This document shows positions 48,345 through 59,343 of a DNA stretch of 64,000 nt, one piece after another. This DNA is from Macrostomum hystrix (lineage: Eukaryota > Animalia > Platyhelminthes). The notes beneath the pieces are model-generated. The model ran no database searches and had not been told where the DNA came from. It was given only the letters and a program-made list of their open reading frames with translations. The position numbers and the translations under genes are program-made. The DNA is taken from the NCBI GenBank assembly GCA_950097015.1, contig CATNEN010000034.1, forward strand, positions 434,001-498,000. The letters are read 5' to 3'. Position 1 is the first letter of the stretch. Every line of letters starts with the position of its first letter.

Positions 48345-49265
48345 ATCCACCTCTTCATCTATCCGTCTCTCCCTCTCTCCCCCTCTCCCTCTCTCCCTCT
48401 CTCCGTCTCTCCCTCTCTCCGTCTCTCCATCTCTTCCTCTCTCTACCTCTCTCCCCCTCTCCCTCTCTCTGTCTCTCCCTCTTTCTGTCTCTTCGTCTCT
48501 CCCTCTCTCCCTCTCTCCCTCTCTCTGTCTCGCCATCTCTCCCTCTCTCCCTCCCTCTGTCTCTCTCTGTCTCTCCCTCTCTCCGTCTCTCCATCTCTTC
48601 CTCTCTCTGTCTCTCTCTGTCTCTCTCTGTCTCTCTCTCCCTCTCTCCCTCTCACCATCTCTCCCTCTCTCCCTCTCTCTGTCTCTCTCTGTCTCTCCCT
48701 CTCTCCCTCTCTTCCTCTTTCTGTCTCTCTCTGTCTCTCCATCTCTCCCTCTCTCCCTCTCTCCCTCTCTCTGTCTCTCTCTGTCTCTCTCTGTCTCTCC
48801 ATCTCTCCCTCTCTCCCTCTCTCTGTCTCTCTCTGTCTCTCCATCTCTCCCTCTCTCCCTCTCTCCCTCTCTCTGTCTCTCTCTGTCTCTCCATCTCTCC
48901 CTCTCTCCCTCTCACCATCTCTCCCTCTCTCCCTCTCTCCCTCTCTCTGTCTCTCTCTGTCTCTCCATCTCTCCCTCTCTCCCTCTCTCCATTTCTCCCT
49001 CTCTCCGTCTCTCCCTCTCTCCCTCTCTCCCTCTCTCCCTCTCTCCCTCTCTCCCTCTCACCATCTCTCCCTCTCTCCCTCTCTCTGTCTCTCTCTGTCT
49101 CTCCATCTCTCCCTCTCTCCCTCTCTCCATTTCTCCCTCTCTCCCTCTCTCCCTCTCTCCCTCTCTCCCTCTCACCATCTCTCCCTCTCTCCCTCTCTCC
49201 CTCTCTCTGTCTCTCTGTCGCTCCGTCTCTCCCTCTCTCCATTTCTCCCTCTTTCCCTCTCTCTT
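48345..49265. repeat. CT-rich compound microsatellite (CTCTCC/CTCTGT)n
   Basis: Nearly pure pyrimidine tract of about 900 bp. Confidence 0.95.
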
Positions 49266-50159
49266 TACAGCTGTCTCGTTCTTAATATTTCGTTTTCTCT
49301 TTAACATTTATTTGGAGTAGATGTGGAGTTTAAATGTCAATTTCATAAGCCTGAAAGCCGATTGCTTTCTCAATGCAATCCTCACTTCATTAATCCGCAA
49401 GTGAGAATCCAATTGATATTTCATAGCCTAACAAATACTGGAGAATGAAAATTAGCTGAAAGAGTTTTTTAAAGTTGAAATAGGACGTGGGCAAACACTG
49501 CTGCGTGTGACCTCGGTGACTTCAGTGCCTGAACAATAGAATTGCAAGGTGAATGACACTTTGGCCAAGAAAAATCCTATTGTGTTTCAATCTATTCGCA
49601 TTTACAAGTATAAAGATGCTTTATCTGGGACTTGTCAAAATTTCCAATAAGAATCAAAATAAGGCAATACACGCTTGTCCATTTTTGGTTCGTTGATTCT
49701 TTCCAAATACTCACAAAAGTACAACAAAAAGAAGACTTTTGAATTAGCAATTTCCTGTTCTTGCTTTTGACCAACAAATCAACACCTATAGCGTTTAGTT
49801 TTTTGCGCTTTATTTTTGATTATTTAACTATCTCAGCCGCTATATAATTTTGGGACTGTAAGACTATATTGGACCGAAATGCATGTCCCAGTTTTAGGAT
49901 CAGAGACTGTTCATAATGTACCGGTGGCAGAGATCCAGATTTCAACGAATGGACTGTTTTTGCTGCCTCTCTCACGCAAGTCAAATTTCATTCACTTGTA
50001 TTCGGTCATTGCTTGTGCGATCGAATTTCATCAATAAGGGTTTGGACCATAGACAGAAGTTAAGCGATAGAGAAGTTCCGGGAAATTTCACTTTTCAATT
50101 TTAAGGACTGCTATATTATAACATCTGTAACCTATAGTATCCTTTCTCATCTGTGTCTC

Positions 50160-50256
50160 ATCTGTCCAGTGTCTTATCTCTCGCCTGTCTCATCTCTCGC
50201 CTGTCTCATCTCTCCCCTGTCTCATCTCTCCCCTGTCTCATCTCTCCCCTGTCTCA
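50160..50256. repeat. Short CTGTCTCATCTCTCCC tandem (reverse complement of the GAGATGAGAC family)
   Basis: About 5 copies. Confidence 0.8.
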
Positions 50257-50917
50257 TATCAGCTATACACAGTGTCCATGCACGAATCGAATAATCTATA
50301 GATACTGATACCAACTCCAAAGAGAATGTAAATATATGATTCCATGGCTATTGCGCAATTGTCCTAGCAAACTAAAAATGGTGTATCTTCAGCCAAAAGC
50401 AGCAGCTGCTGCAAACGAGGTTGGACTGATTTTGGGAGAGCTTTGGCCAACTAAACAGAGTGGGAGAGAGACAGGGTGGAAAGGAAGTCTCGCTGTCCAC
50501 TACAGCAAACAGTAGGACCGATTTTCACAGCGGAGGCCATTGCAATCTGCTTGGAGCAGGCGGACCTCATAGACGGCAGATGGAACACAGGGGGGAGAAT
50601 TCATCGATGGGAGAAATCAGTTGGCCTATAGCAGATTAACAGAGAAGGAGAGAGAAACGGGGGGAGAAACTCGGTGGGGAGCGCGCAGACTCGAGTGTCA
50701 ACAAAGACACCGACAGTATTAGAAAGACTGAAGGCGGGTTTGGTGGAACACTGTCGAGATGGCATGCCACAGATAAGAGAACCGATCGCTCAGTCATCAG
50801 TTAAGGAGGCTGGCATGCCACGGAGTACTGGCCAGAAACTGTGACTGCCGGTGAGAGGATAAACTTTATCAAATCTGCCACCGTGGATCGATGCGTTCTA
50901 AGCATCCTTCTCTCGGG

Positions 50918-51190
50918 CAGGAGAGAGGGAGAGAGAGAGGGAGAGAGAGAGGGAGAGAGAGAGGGAGAGAGAGAGGGAGAGAGAGAGGGAGAGAGAGAGG
51001 GAGAGAGAGAGTGAGAGGGAGAGTGAGAGGGAGAGTGAGAGGGAGAGTGAGAGGGAGAGGGAGAGGTAGAGGGAGAGTGAGAGGGAGAGGTAGAGGGAGA
51101 GTGAGAGGGAGAGTGAGAGGGAGAGTGAGAGGGAGAGTGAGAGGGAGAGTGAGAGGGAGAGTGAGAGGGAGAGTGAGAGGGAGAGGGGAA
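50918..51190. repeat. 12-bp purine repeat GAGAGGGAGAG(A/T)
   Basis: Direct reading. Confidence 0.92.
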
Positions 51191-52249
51191 GCAGGGGAGA
51201 CTTGTAAAATTAAAAGTAAATGATGAAATTATTTCCTGACAATAGTTTTTGTTGAAGAAATCCTTAGGTTAAACAAAAAATTGGAAAATTGATCGTGACA
51301 CCCAGGAAAATGCGAAAACGCAAAGAGGTAAAAAAACAGGGAACACATTTTAATACTCTTTTAAAGGTGATTAGGTAATCAGGTCCCTATGCCCTCGACA
51401 TTAGGAAATCTTAATTGAAACAAAACTGATACAAAACAAGAAGCTAAAGAAATGTTAGATGACTTCAAATCTAGGAAAATTACAAAGAACTAGATTGCTT
51501 GTAAGAATCGAACAAAGTAGTCACATTATTCAATATGGAATTTCGCCTCCAAAAAAAGCCCAGTAAAACTAGAGCTCGCTTGCCTATATTTCGCGGTGAA
51601 ATATCGTAAAAGAATTAACTGAATAAGCCGTGCCTATGTGTGAGTGTGTTTGTCTTGCATGGCTTACGTGTTGTCTCAGGTGTCAAGCATATAAAGCTAT
51701 TCCCGCTTTTCGGGACATCAAAGGCCACTAGCGCAGACGGACCATACATACGTATGTATGCACAAACACAACATCTGTGAGATATGAATATGAAAATTGG
51801 CTTGTGAATGCAAGATGTGGCCATTTATGTGCGTGCCAAGAAGGCAACCTTGAGTTCATAAAATGGGATAAGCAGAAGAAAACGTGAGTTGGTGAGTGGT
51901 GAACAAAAGAGACAACAAAGTTTGCCTGTACAATCCTTTTGTGTTTAGGAACTTTGGTGTCATAAAAATTCTCCCCAATTTCTATTCCCATAGTTTAGTC
52001 TTGAATTTCCACCGATATAGATTTACAATTTTTTTTTCGTGACCATCACGAACTGAGCAGCGTGGAGGCCATTGGGGTGGCTAAGTTGCAATGAGGTCAG
52101 ATTTCAAGTTCTTGCGTAGAAGCGAGACCCGATGGACAATCTGGGGAGGAAGGGAAGGTGGGAGAAAAGTTGATTGGGAATAAACTTTTGGTGCAGTTGC
52201 GGTAAAAATCTCCTAAAGAAAACGCCTAAATCTCATCTGAAGATTTTCC

Positions 52250-52972
52250 TAATCCCATCTCAAAACTATCCTAATCCCATCTCAAAACTATCGTAATCCC
52301 ATCTCATAACTATCCAAATCCCATCTCATAACTATCCAAATCCCATCTCAAAACTATCGTAATCCCATCTCATAACTATCCTAATCCCATCTCAAAACTG
52401 TCGTAATCCCATCTCAAAACTGTCGTAATCCCATCTCAAAACTATCCTAATCCCATCTCAAAACTATCCTAATCCCATCTCATAACTATCCTAATCCCAT
52501 CTCATAACTATCCTAATCCCATCTCAAAACTATCCTAATCCCATCTCATAACAATCCTAATCCCACATCAAAACTATCATAATCCCACATCAAAACTGTC
52601 CTAATCCCACATCAAAACTATCCTAATCCCACATCAAAACTGTCCTAATCCCACTACAAAACTATCCTAATCCCACATCAAAACTATCCTAATCCCACAT
52701 CAAAACTGTCCTAATCCCACATCAAAACTATCCTAATCCCACATCAAAACTGTCCTAATCCCACATCAAAACTGTCCTAATCCCACATCAAAACTATCAT
52801 TATCCCACATCAAAACTATCATTATCCCACATCAAAACTATCATTATCCCACATCAAAACTATCATTATCCCACATCAAAACTATCATTATCCCACATCA
52901 AAACTATCATTATCTCACATCAAAACTATCCTTATCCCACATCAAAACTATCCTAATCCCACATCAAAACTA
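52250..52972. repeat. 22-bp minisatellite AAAACTATCCTAATCCCACATC
   Basis: About 32 copies with a left-to-right variant gradient. Confidence 0.95.
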
Positions 52973-53235
52973 TGGCTACACTAAATTTAGGCAAATATTT
53001 CATATTTTGAGGCTTGGCGTGTCATTCAAAAGTTATAAGTGCAAAGTAAATAATCAATTGTAGGAGCATTGTTACTAAAGTTGGGCTTAGACACTAATTT
53101 CACCGGAAGCAAAACGCAAATAATTTTCTCACTAAAATATGGAAAGAGCGAAGTGTAACTTGTCAATCAAAAAAGTTTAAGTAATTTTTCTGTCCTTTTT
53201 TCTATAGTTAATTGATCCATGCACATTTCGGTAAA

Positions 53236-54453
53236 GTCTGAGGCCCTGAAAGACCTGAAGTGTGTGGTGAGGATGGGGACAATGTCTGAGGCCCTGAAGG
53301 ACCTGAAGTGTGTGGTGAGGATGGGGACAATGTCTGAGGCCCTGAAGGACCTGAAGTGTGTGGTGAGGATGGGGACAATGTCTGAGGCCCTGAAGGACCT
53401 GAAGTGTGTGGTGAGGATGGGGACAATGTCTGAGGCCCTGAAGGACCTGAAGTGTGTGGTGAGGATGGGGACAATGTCTGAGGCCCTGAAGGACCTGAAG
53501 TGTGTGGTGAGGATGGGGACAATGTCTGAGGCCCTGAAGGACCTGAAGTGTGTGGTGAGGATGGGGACAATGTCTGAGGCCCTGAAGCTCCTGAAGTGTG
53601 CGGTGAGGATGGGGACAATGTCTGAGGCCCTGAAGGACCTGAAGTGTGTGGTGAGGATGGGGACAATGTCTGAGGCCCTGAAGGACCTGAAGTGTGTGGT
53701 GAGGATGGGGACAATATCTGAGGCCCTGAAGGACCTGAAGTGTGTGGTGAGGATGGGGACAATGTCTGAGGCCCTGAAGGACCTGAATTGTGCGGTGAGG
53801 ATGGGGACAATATCTGAGGCCCTGAAGGACCTGAAGTGTGTGGTGAGGATGGGGACAATGTCTGAGGCCCTGAAGGACCTGAAGTGTGTGGTGAGGATGG
53901 GGACAATGTCTGAGGCCCTGAAGGACCTGAATTGTGCGGTGAGGATGGGGACAATGTCTGAGGCCCTGAAGGACCTGAAGTGTGTGGTGAGGATGGGGAC
54001 AATGTCTGAGCCCTGAAGCTCCTGAAGTGTGTGGTGAGGATGGGGACAATGTCTGAGGCCCTGAAGGACCTGAAGTGTGCGGTGAGGATGGGGACAATGT
54101 CTGAGGCCCTGAAGGACCTGAATTGTGCGGTGAGGATGGGGACAATATCTGAGGCCCTGAAGGACCTGAAGTGTGTGGTGAGGATGGGGACAATGTCTGA
54201 GGCCCTGAAGGACCTGAAGTGTGTGGTGAGGATGGGGACAATGTCTGAGGCCCTGAAGGACCTGAATTGTGCGGTGAGGATGGGGACAATGTCTGAGGCC
54301 CTGAAGGACCTGAAGTGTGTGGTGAGGATGGGGACAATGTCTGAGCCCTGAAGCTCCTGAAGTGTGTGGTGAGGATGGGGACAATGTCTGAGGCCCTGAA
54401 GGACCTGAAGTGTGCGGTGAGGATGGGGACAATGTCTGAGGCCCTGAAGGACC
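53236..54453. repeat. 48-bp minisatellite GTCTGAGGCCCTGAAGGACCTGAAGTGTGTGGTGAGGATGGGGACAAT, left arm
   Basis: About 25 copies; interrupted by the LTR element. Confidence 0.97.
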
Positions 54454-54602
54454 TGTGAAGGTTGTGGGTGTACATTGTACACTTTTATTCCTGCCGCTTG
54501 GGTTGGTCGGTTCAGACAACCCCAAGCGGTTACGTAATTCGCTTTGTCATAAATATCGCTTGCACGCAAATATACTAATCGACCGTTTTCGCAAATCTTA
54601 CA
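54454..54602 (+). repeat. 5' LTR (149 bp)
   Basis: TGTGAAGG...TCTTACA; identical by eye to 59195-59343. Confidence 0.95.
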
Positions 54603-54603
54603 C

Positions 54604-54617
54604 TGGTGGCAGCGGTG
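54604..54617 (+). promoter_or_regulatory. Primer-binding site, tRNA-Leu type
   Basis: TGGTGGCAGCGGTG, 1 nt after the LTR, is complementary to the 3' end of eukaryotic tRNA-Leu(AAG/TAG) (...CACCGCTGCCACCA). Confidence 0.85.
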
Positions 54618-54652
54618 ACTCTTGCTAAGCGAACTCTAAAATCTGCACAGTC

Positions 54653-55459
54653 ATGGCCACGGCAAACAGTGCACTGTTACCGCCAAAATTTTCTGGCACT
54701 GACAAGGCCGACATAAGGACTTGGCTGCGACTCTTCGAAGAATTCGCCGAAGATGCTGAATGGGACGACGCCAAGTCTGCTCGGAAACTGAAGTTGCTAC
54801 TGACTGGAGAAGCTCAGATGTACGTCTGGGATTTGCCAGAAGCCAAATCAAAGAGTTACCAGACGCTCAAAACAGCCCTGACAACACAGTACGGGGGAGA
54901 ATCAGACTCTTTCGAAGCCATGTATTCGTTCGAGAGCCGTCAGCGAGGCGCCACGGAGACACTGAGAGAGCTTTGCTACGCACTGCGGCTCCTACATCAA
55001 CGAGCGCGACCCAAGGACACTGCAGACCAGCGCGATCGCGACGTTCGTTTCCGGCTGCTACGGCTACTGCCTGAGGACATCCGCAACACACTGCTGAAGA
55101 GTGAGGACTGCGAAACATGCAGCCTGGATGTGTTTCTGTCCAGAGCGACTCGGCTGGAGCAACTGTCCACACCACTACCAAGGGTGCAGCAGGCGACTGT
55201 CGCGGTGGCCCAGAACGACCGTCTGGAACGGCTGGAGCAGCGCCTGGATGAGCTCATCGGCCGCGTGCAGCTGCAGCCCGGGCGGGGCGGGCGTTCAGGT
55301 CGACCAGCAGGCCGCTGTTACAACTGCGGCAAGCCCGGACATCTGGCTGCCCAGTGCCGTTCAGCGGGCAGCACCTCGAACGTGATCTGTCGCAAGTGCT
55401 CCGGAAGGGGCCACATCGCCGCTGTCTGTCCGTCCAAGCCGAACCAGGGAAACTGCTAA
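54653..55459 (+). CDS. gag: Gag (268 aa) with two CCHC zinc knuckles
   Basis: PPKFSG...WL..FE capsid start; MHR-like RQRGATETLRELCYAL; CYNCGKPGHLAAQC and CRKCSGRGHIAAVC. Confidence 0.95.
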   Translation: MATANSALLPPKFSGTDKADIRTWLRLFEEFAEDAEWDDAKSARKLKLLLTGEAQMYVWDLPEAKSKSYQTLKTALTTQYGGESDSFEAMYSFESRQRGATETLRELCYALRLLHQRARPKDTADQRDRDVRFRLLRLLPEDIRNTLLKSEDCETCSLDVFLSRATRLEQLSTPLPRVQQATVAVAQNDRLERLEQRLDELIGRVQLQPGRGGRSGRPAGRCYNCGKPGHLAAQCRSAGSTSNVICRKCSGRGHIAAVCPSKPNQGNC

Positions 55460-55491
55460 GGGCTGGTGGCACCTCTCAGGTCCCACCAGCC
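55447..55491 (+). promoter_or_regulatory. -1 programmed ribosomal frameshift signal (G_GGA_AAC plus hairpin)
   Basis: The slippery heptamer at 55447-55453 is in the gag frame and a -1 slip gives the pol frame. A 7-nt spacer is followed by a 9-bp stem, GGCTGGTGG (55461-55469) / CCACCAGCC (55483-55491). Confidence 0.85.
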
Positions 55492-56587
55492 TCCTCTGTA
55501 AGCAAGTTGTCTGTTTTTATCCCCGGCCGTGCGAACACTATACCGTGCCACTGGCTCCTCGACACAGGTGCGCAGAGCTCCCTCATCAGCGAAGCGGCAT
55601 TCAGAAGGCTGCGGGGCGAGCTCAAAGCGCCCGATGTCAGGCCCGTTGCCGTTGACGGCTCACCACTCGACCTGGTCGGAAGCACGCAGCTGAAAGTCAC
55701 GCTAGGAGACTGCCTTGCCCGCGACATCACGGCTCTGGTAGTAAAAGGCATCCGGCCGGACTACATCATCGGCATGGATTTCATCGGCACCGCCGCAGCC
55801 AACGAGTTCCGCATCGACCAACGCAACCAGATGGTGGCCTTCGACAACATTAGCATGCCCTACAGCACGATGGATCCCGGCTCTATCCCTGCCTGCCGCC
55901 TGGTGCCAACGACGCTAATAGCGCGAGTAACCAACCAGGTGCTGCTTCCTGCCCGCTCTGTGAAGGTCGTCACCGTCAAGGTGGACGCTGTTGGCGCTAA
56001 AGGCGTCTTTGAGCCGACCCAAGATTTCATTGACCGATCCGGCCTCCTGCCATGCCGTGTTTTTGCGGTGTCGACGGATGCAGGCGAGCTGCCGGTGCGC
56101 GTGTGCAACTTAGGAAGCGAGCCGGTGCTGCTCTACCCCAACCAGTCGATGGGGACATTCGAGGGCGCTGAGGCAGTCGAAGAGAACGGCGAGCTTCACA
56201 GCTGGGAGCCTGGTGACCAAGTTTTCAACATCAACCCTAGTCTAGCATGCAGCGAGAAGGTGCAGTTGACTGACCTGCTGAAGGACTACATGGACACGGT
56301 ATCCCAGCATGAGTTCGACCTCGGCTCGGCAGTCGGAATGCAGCACCAGATCCAGCTGAATGAATCGGCACGTCCTGTGCGACAGCGACCTAGGCGTCTT
56401 GCGCTGCAGCTACGGAAGCCGGTCGAAGAGAAGCTGAGGCTGATGCAGCAGAATGGGGTTATTGAGCCCTCAACCAGCCCTTGGGCCAGCAACCTCATCG
56501 TCGCTAAGAAAAAGAACAACGATATCCGCATCTGCGTTGACTGGCGCGCGCTCAATGACCTCACGGTAAAAGATGCGCATCCGCTTT
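55447..56587 (+). CDS. pol: Pol part 1: aspartic protease, dUTPase-like spacer, RT N-terminus
   Basis: LLDTGAQSSLIS and IIGMDF protease motifs; PVRQRPRR, IEPSTSPWAS and RICVDWRALN RT motifs; the frame breaks at CCG CTT T CCA. Confidence 0.92.
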
Positions 56588-59128
56588 CCACATCTACATC
56601 AAGCTCTGGACGCCTTGGCCGGCTGCTCGTGGTTTTCAACAATCGATCTGCGCCAGGGCTTCCTGCAGGTAGAGCTGAAAGAGGAGGATCGACCAAAGAC
56701 GGCTTTCTACACACCTAGTGGCCTGATGCAGTTCCGGAAAATGGGATTCGGAATGTGCAATGCTCCCGCAACCTACCAGCGAATGATGGAGCTCATAATG
56801 TCTGGCCTCACCTGGGAGGAAGTGATCGCCTACATCGACGACATAATCATCTTTAACAAGAGCTTCAGTGAACACCTGGCTTCCCTACGGAAGGTGCTGA
56901 ACAGGCTGAGGTCAGCTAACCTCAAACTGAACCCGGGCAAAAGTTTCTTTGCCTTTCGCCGAGTTACCTACTTGGGCCACGAAGTCTCTGCTAGCGGTGT
57001 CTCTCCAGCCCTAGAGAAAGTCAAGGCCATCCTTGACATGCCAGAACCACAGTCTGCGGACGATGTGCGACGCATCATCGGAATGCTAGGCTTTTATCGG
57101 CGGTTTGTGCCGAACTTCGCAGCTATCGCTCATCCGCTGCATCAGCTGACTCAGAAGGCCTCGAGCTTCCGTTGGACGGCGGACCACACGATTGCGCTTC
57201 AGCAGCTCAAGGCCGCGCTCTCCAGTCCTCCTGTTCTTCAGCTGCCAGACTTCGAGCGGGAGATGTTAGTGAGCTGCGACAGTAGTGCCACGGCCATTGG
57301 CGCTGTGATCAGCCAGGTGAAGGACGGCGTCGAACTGCCCATCGCATACGCTTCCCGAACGCTGAACAAGGCCGAGAGGAACTACAGCGCGACCGACCGC
57401 GAGCTGCTGGCACTGGTCTGGGCGCTTAAGCAGTTCCGGATGTATCTGTACAACACCGCTTCTTTCAAGGCCTTCACAGACCACCAGCCCATCCTCGGGC
57501 TCCTCAACACCACTGAACCGACCGGTCGCCTTGCTCGTTGGCTGCAGCTGCTGCAGGAATTCTCCTTCCAACTGTTCTACCGGCCTGGCAAACTGAACAT
57601 TGTGCCCGACGCCCTCAGCCGCGCTGCGGTCGCCGTGTCTGCTGACGATGCGACGCCAACGACAGCCGCCGAACAAGAGCTGGATCCGGTGCTCCTAGCT
57701 ACTCGGCAAGCCATTCGAAACCCAGAGTTCTCCGTACCGACTGACATCCGACAACAGGTACAGCGTCTCCTTTCATGCAAACCGACGCTTGATCGAAGAG
57801 GCATCCTGAAGGTAAACAACGTTCCGGTGGTACCCCAGCATCGGCGGGAGGAGCTTATGCGTCAGGCTCATGACTCTCCATGCAGTGGTCACCTGGGAGT
57901 CAAAAAGGTTCTGCACAAACTGCGCTGCCGCGTCTGGTGGCCCGAGTTGCGTGCTGACGTCCGCGACTGGGTGAGCAGCTGCATAGTGTGCCAGCGCAGG
58001 AAACAGCCGCGTCAGCTGGCCAAGGCCCCACTGGTGAAGACAGACATGCCATCTCGGCCGTGGCAAATCATGCAGCTGGACATCAAAGGTCCGCTGCCTC
58101 CAACAGATTCTGGCTGCAAGTACATTCTGTGCTTCGTGGACACCTTCTCCAAGTGGGTCGAGGCTGTCGCACTTAGGCAGATTGATGCGAGGACTGTGTC
58201 GGAGGCTCTGGTCACGAATGTGGTCCTCCGACATGGCGTGCCTGAAGTTATTCACTCAGACCAGGGCCGACAATTCGAAAGTGAAACGTTTCAGCACACC
58301 TGCCAGCTACTGGGCTCTGAGAAGACCCGCACGTCCCCGTTCCATCCGAGCGGCAACGCGAACGTCGAGCGCTTTAATCGGACACTTGGAGACATGCTAG
58401 CCGCCTTTTGCGCCGATAACCAGAACAGCTGGGACACCATGCTGCCCTTTGTGGTCTGGGCATACAACAGCTCGGTCCACAGTTCCACCGGCCAGTCGCC
58501 CTTCAGGACGCTACGTGGAGTCGAGCCGAGACTTCCGATCGATCTGATTCTCGGCCATGCAGACGGTGACGGCGGCGGCACGATCGGCACACCAGTGGAC
58601 GGCACAGAACTTGGACGTCGCATCAGACGAGGCTTCAGCAGCATCAAGGCCAACCTGCAGGAGGCGCAGCGGGCCCAGCACAGGCAGTACAACAGGAAGG
58701 CCAGAATGCACGGCTTCCAAGTCGGTGACACAGTGATGCTCACCCACCACGTATTGAAAAAGGGTCAGTGCCGGTCTCTGTCCAACCGCTGGTCGGGCCC
58801 GTACAAGATTGTCAAGAAGATCGGTCCAGTCAACTTCCGCGTCCAAGCCATTCAGCCCGGAAGGCGTAAAAATCGTCGCTTAGTCGTTCATCACGACCGG
58901 CTAAAGCGATTCATCGAGCGACGATCCGACCTTGGCAACGATGTCGAAGCTGCTAGCGACAATCGCCCCATTGGTCAACTGGCGCCAGCACCTCCGGACG
59001 CGCAGCCAAAAACTACTGATGCTCGTGATGTCTGGGACGACCTGCTGGGCTGCGCCGATGACGCTGCAGTGCCACTTCGGCGTTCGGGCAGGGAGAGACG
59101 ACGTCCTGACTTCTTCCGCTCGTGCTGA
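56588..59128 (+). CDS. pol: Pol part 2: RT core, RNase H, integrase (continues after a 1-nt insertion)
   Basis: FSTIDLRQGFLQV, KTAF, MGFGMCNAPATYQR, YIDD; RH CDSS/RELLA/TDH; IN HDSPCSGH..CIVC, LDIKGP, SDQGRQF, VERFN; GPY; terminal LRRSGRERRRP. Confidence 0.95.
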   Translation, partial: PHLHQALDALAGCSWFSTIDLRQGFLQVELKEEDRPKTAFYTPSGLMQFRKMGFGMCNAPATYQRMMELIMSGLTWEEVIAYIDDIIIFNKSFSEHLASLRKVLNRLRSANLKLNPGKSFFAFRRVTYLGHEVSASGVSPALEKVKAILDMPEPQSADDVRRIIGMLGFYRRFVPNFAAIAHPLHQLTQKASSFRWTADHTIALQQLKAALSSPPVLQLPDFEREMLVSCDSSATAIGAVISQVKDGVELPIAYASRTLNKAERNYSATDRELLALVWALKQFRMYLYNTASFKAFTDHQPILGLLNTTEPTGRLARWLQLLQEFSFQLFYRPGKLNIVPDALSRAAVAVSADDATPTTAAEQELDPVLLATRQAIRNPEFSVPTDIRQQVQRLLSCKPTLDRRGILKVNNVPVVPQHRREELMRQAHDSPCSGHLGVKKVLHKLRCRVWWPELRADVRDWVSSCIVCQRRKQPRQLAKAPLVKTDMPSRPWQIMQLDIKGPLPPTDSGCKYILCFVDTFSKWVEAVALRQIDARTVSEALVTNVVLRHGVPEVIHSDQGRQFESETFQHTCQLLGSEKTRTSPFHPSGNANVERFNRTLGDMLAAFCADNQNSWDTMLPFVVWAYNSSVHSSTGQSPFRTLRGVEPRLPIDLILGHADGDGGGTIGTPVDGTELGRRIRRGFSSIKANLQEAQRAQHRQYNRKARMHGFQVGDTVMLTHHVLKKGQCRSLSNRWSGPYKIVKKIGPVNFRVQAIQPGRRKNRRLVVHHDRLKRFIERRSDLGNDVEAASDNRPIGQLAPAPPDAQPKTTDARDVWDDLLGCADDAAVPLRRSGRERRRPDFFRSC

Positions 59129-59181
59129 GAGAAACTCGCTTTGCTATCTACTTTTATTATTATTTATTTTTATCCCTTTCT

Positions 59182-59194
59182 GAGGGGAAAGTGA
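59182..59194 (+). promoter_or_regulatory. Polypurine tract
   Basis: GAGGGGAAAGTGA immediately before the 3' LTR, preceded by a T-rich run. Confidence 0.8.
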
Positions 59195-59343
59195 TGTGAA
59201 GGTTGTGGGTGTACATTGTACACTTTTATTCCTGCCGCTTGGGTTGGTCGGTTCAGACAACCCCAAGCGGTTACGTAATTCGCTTTGTCATAAATATCGC
59301 TTGCACGCAAATATACTAATCGACCGTTTTCGCAAATCTTACA
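59195..59343 (+). repeat. 3' LTR (149 bp)
   Basis: Identical to the 5' LTR; followed by the GACC TSD. Confidence 0.95.

Larger units (their letters stand above)
54454..59343 (+). mobile_element. Full-length Ty3/Gypsy LTR retrotransposon (4890 bp)
   Basis: Identical 149-bp LTRs (TGT...ACA); GACC TSD (54450-54453 and 59344-59347); PBS; PPT; gag plus pol in the order PR-RT-RH-IN. Confidence 0.97.

Noticed and set aside
53167-54569. 430-450-aa ORFs over the 48-bp array, and the 568-aa ORF at 61170-62876
   Set aside because: Translations of stop-free tandem units with frameshifting variants; no coding context.
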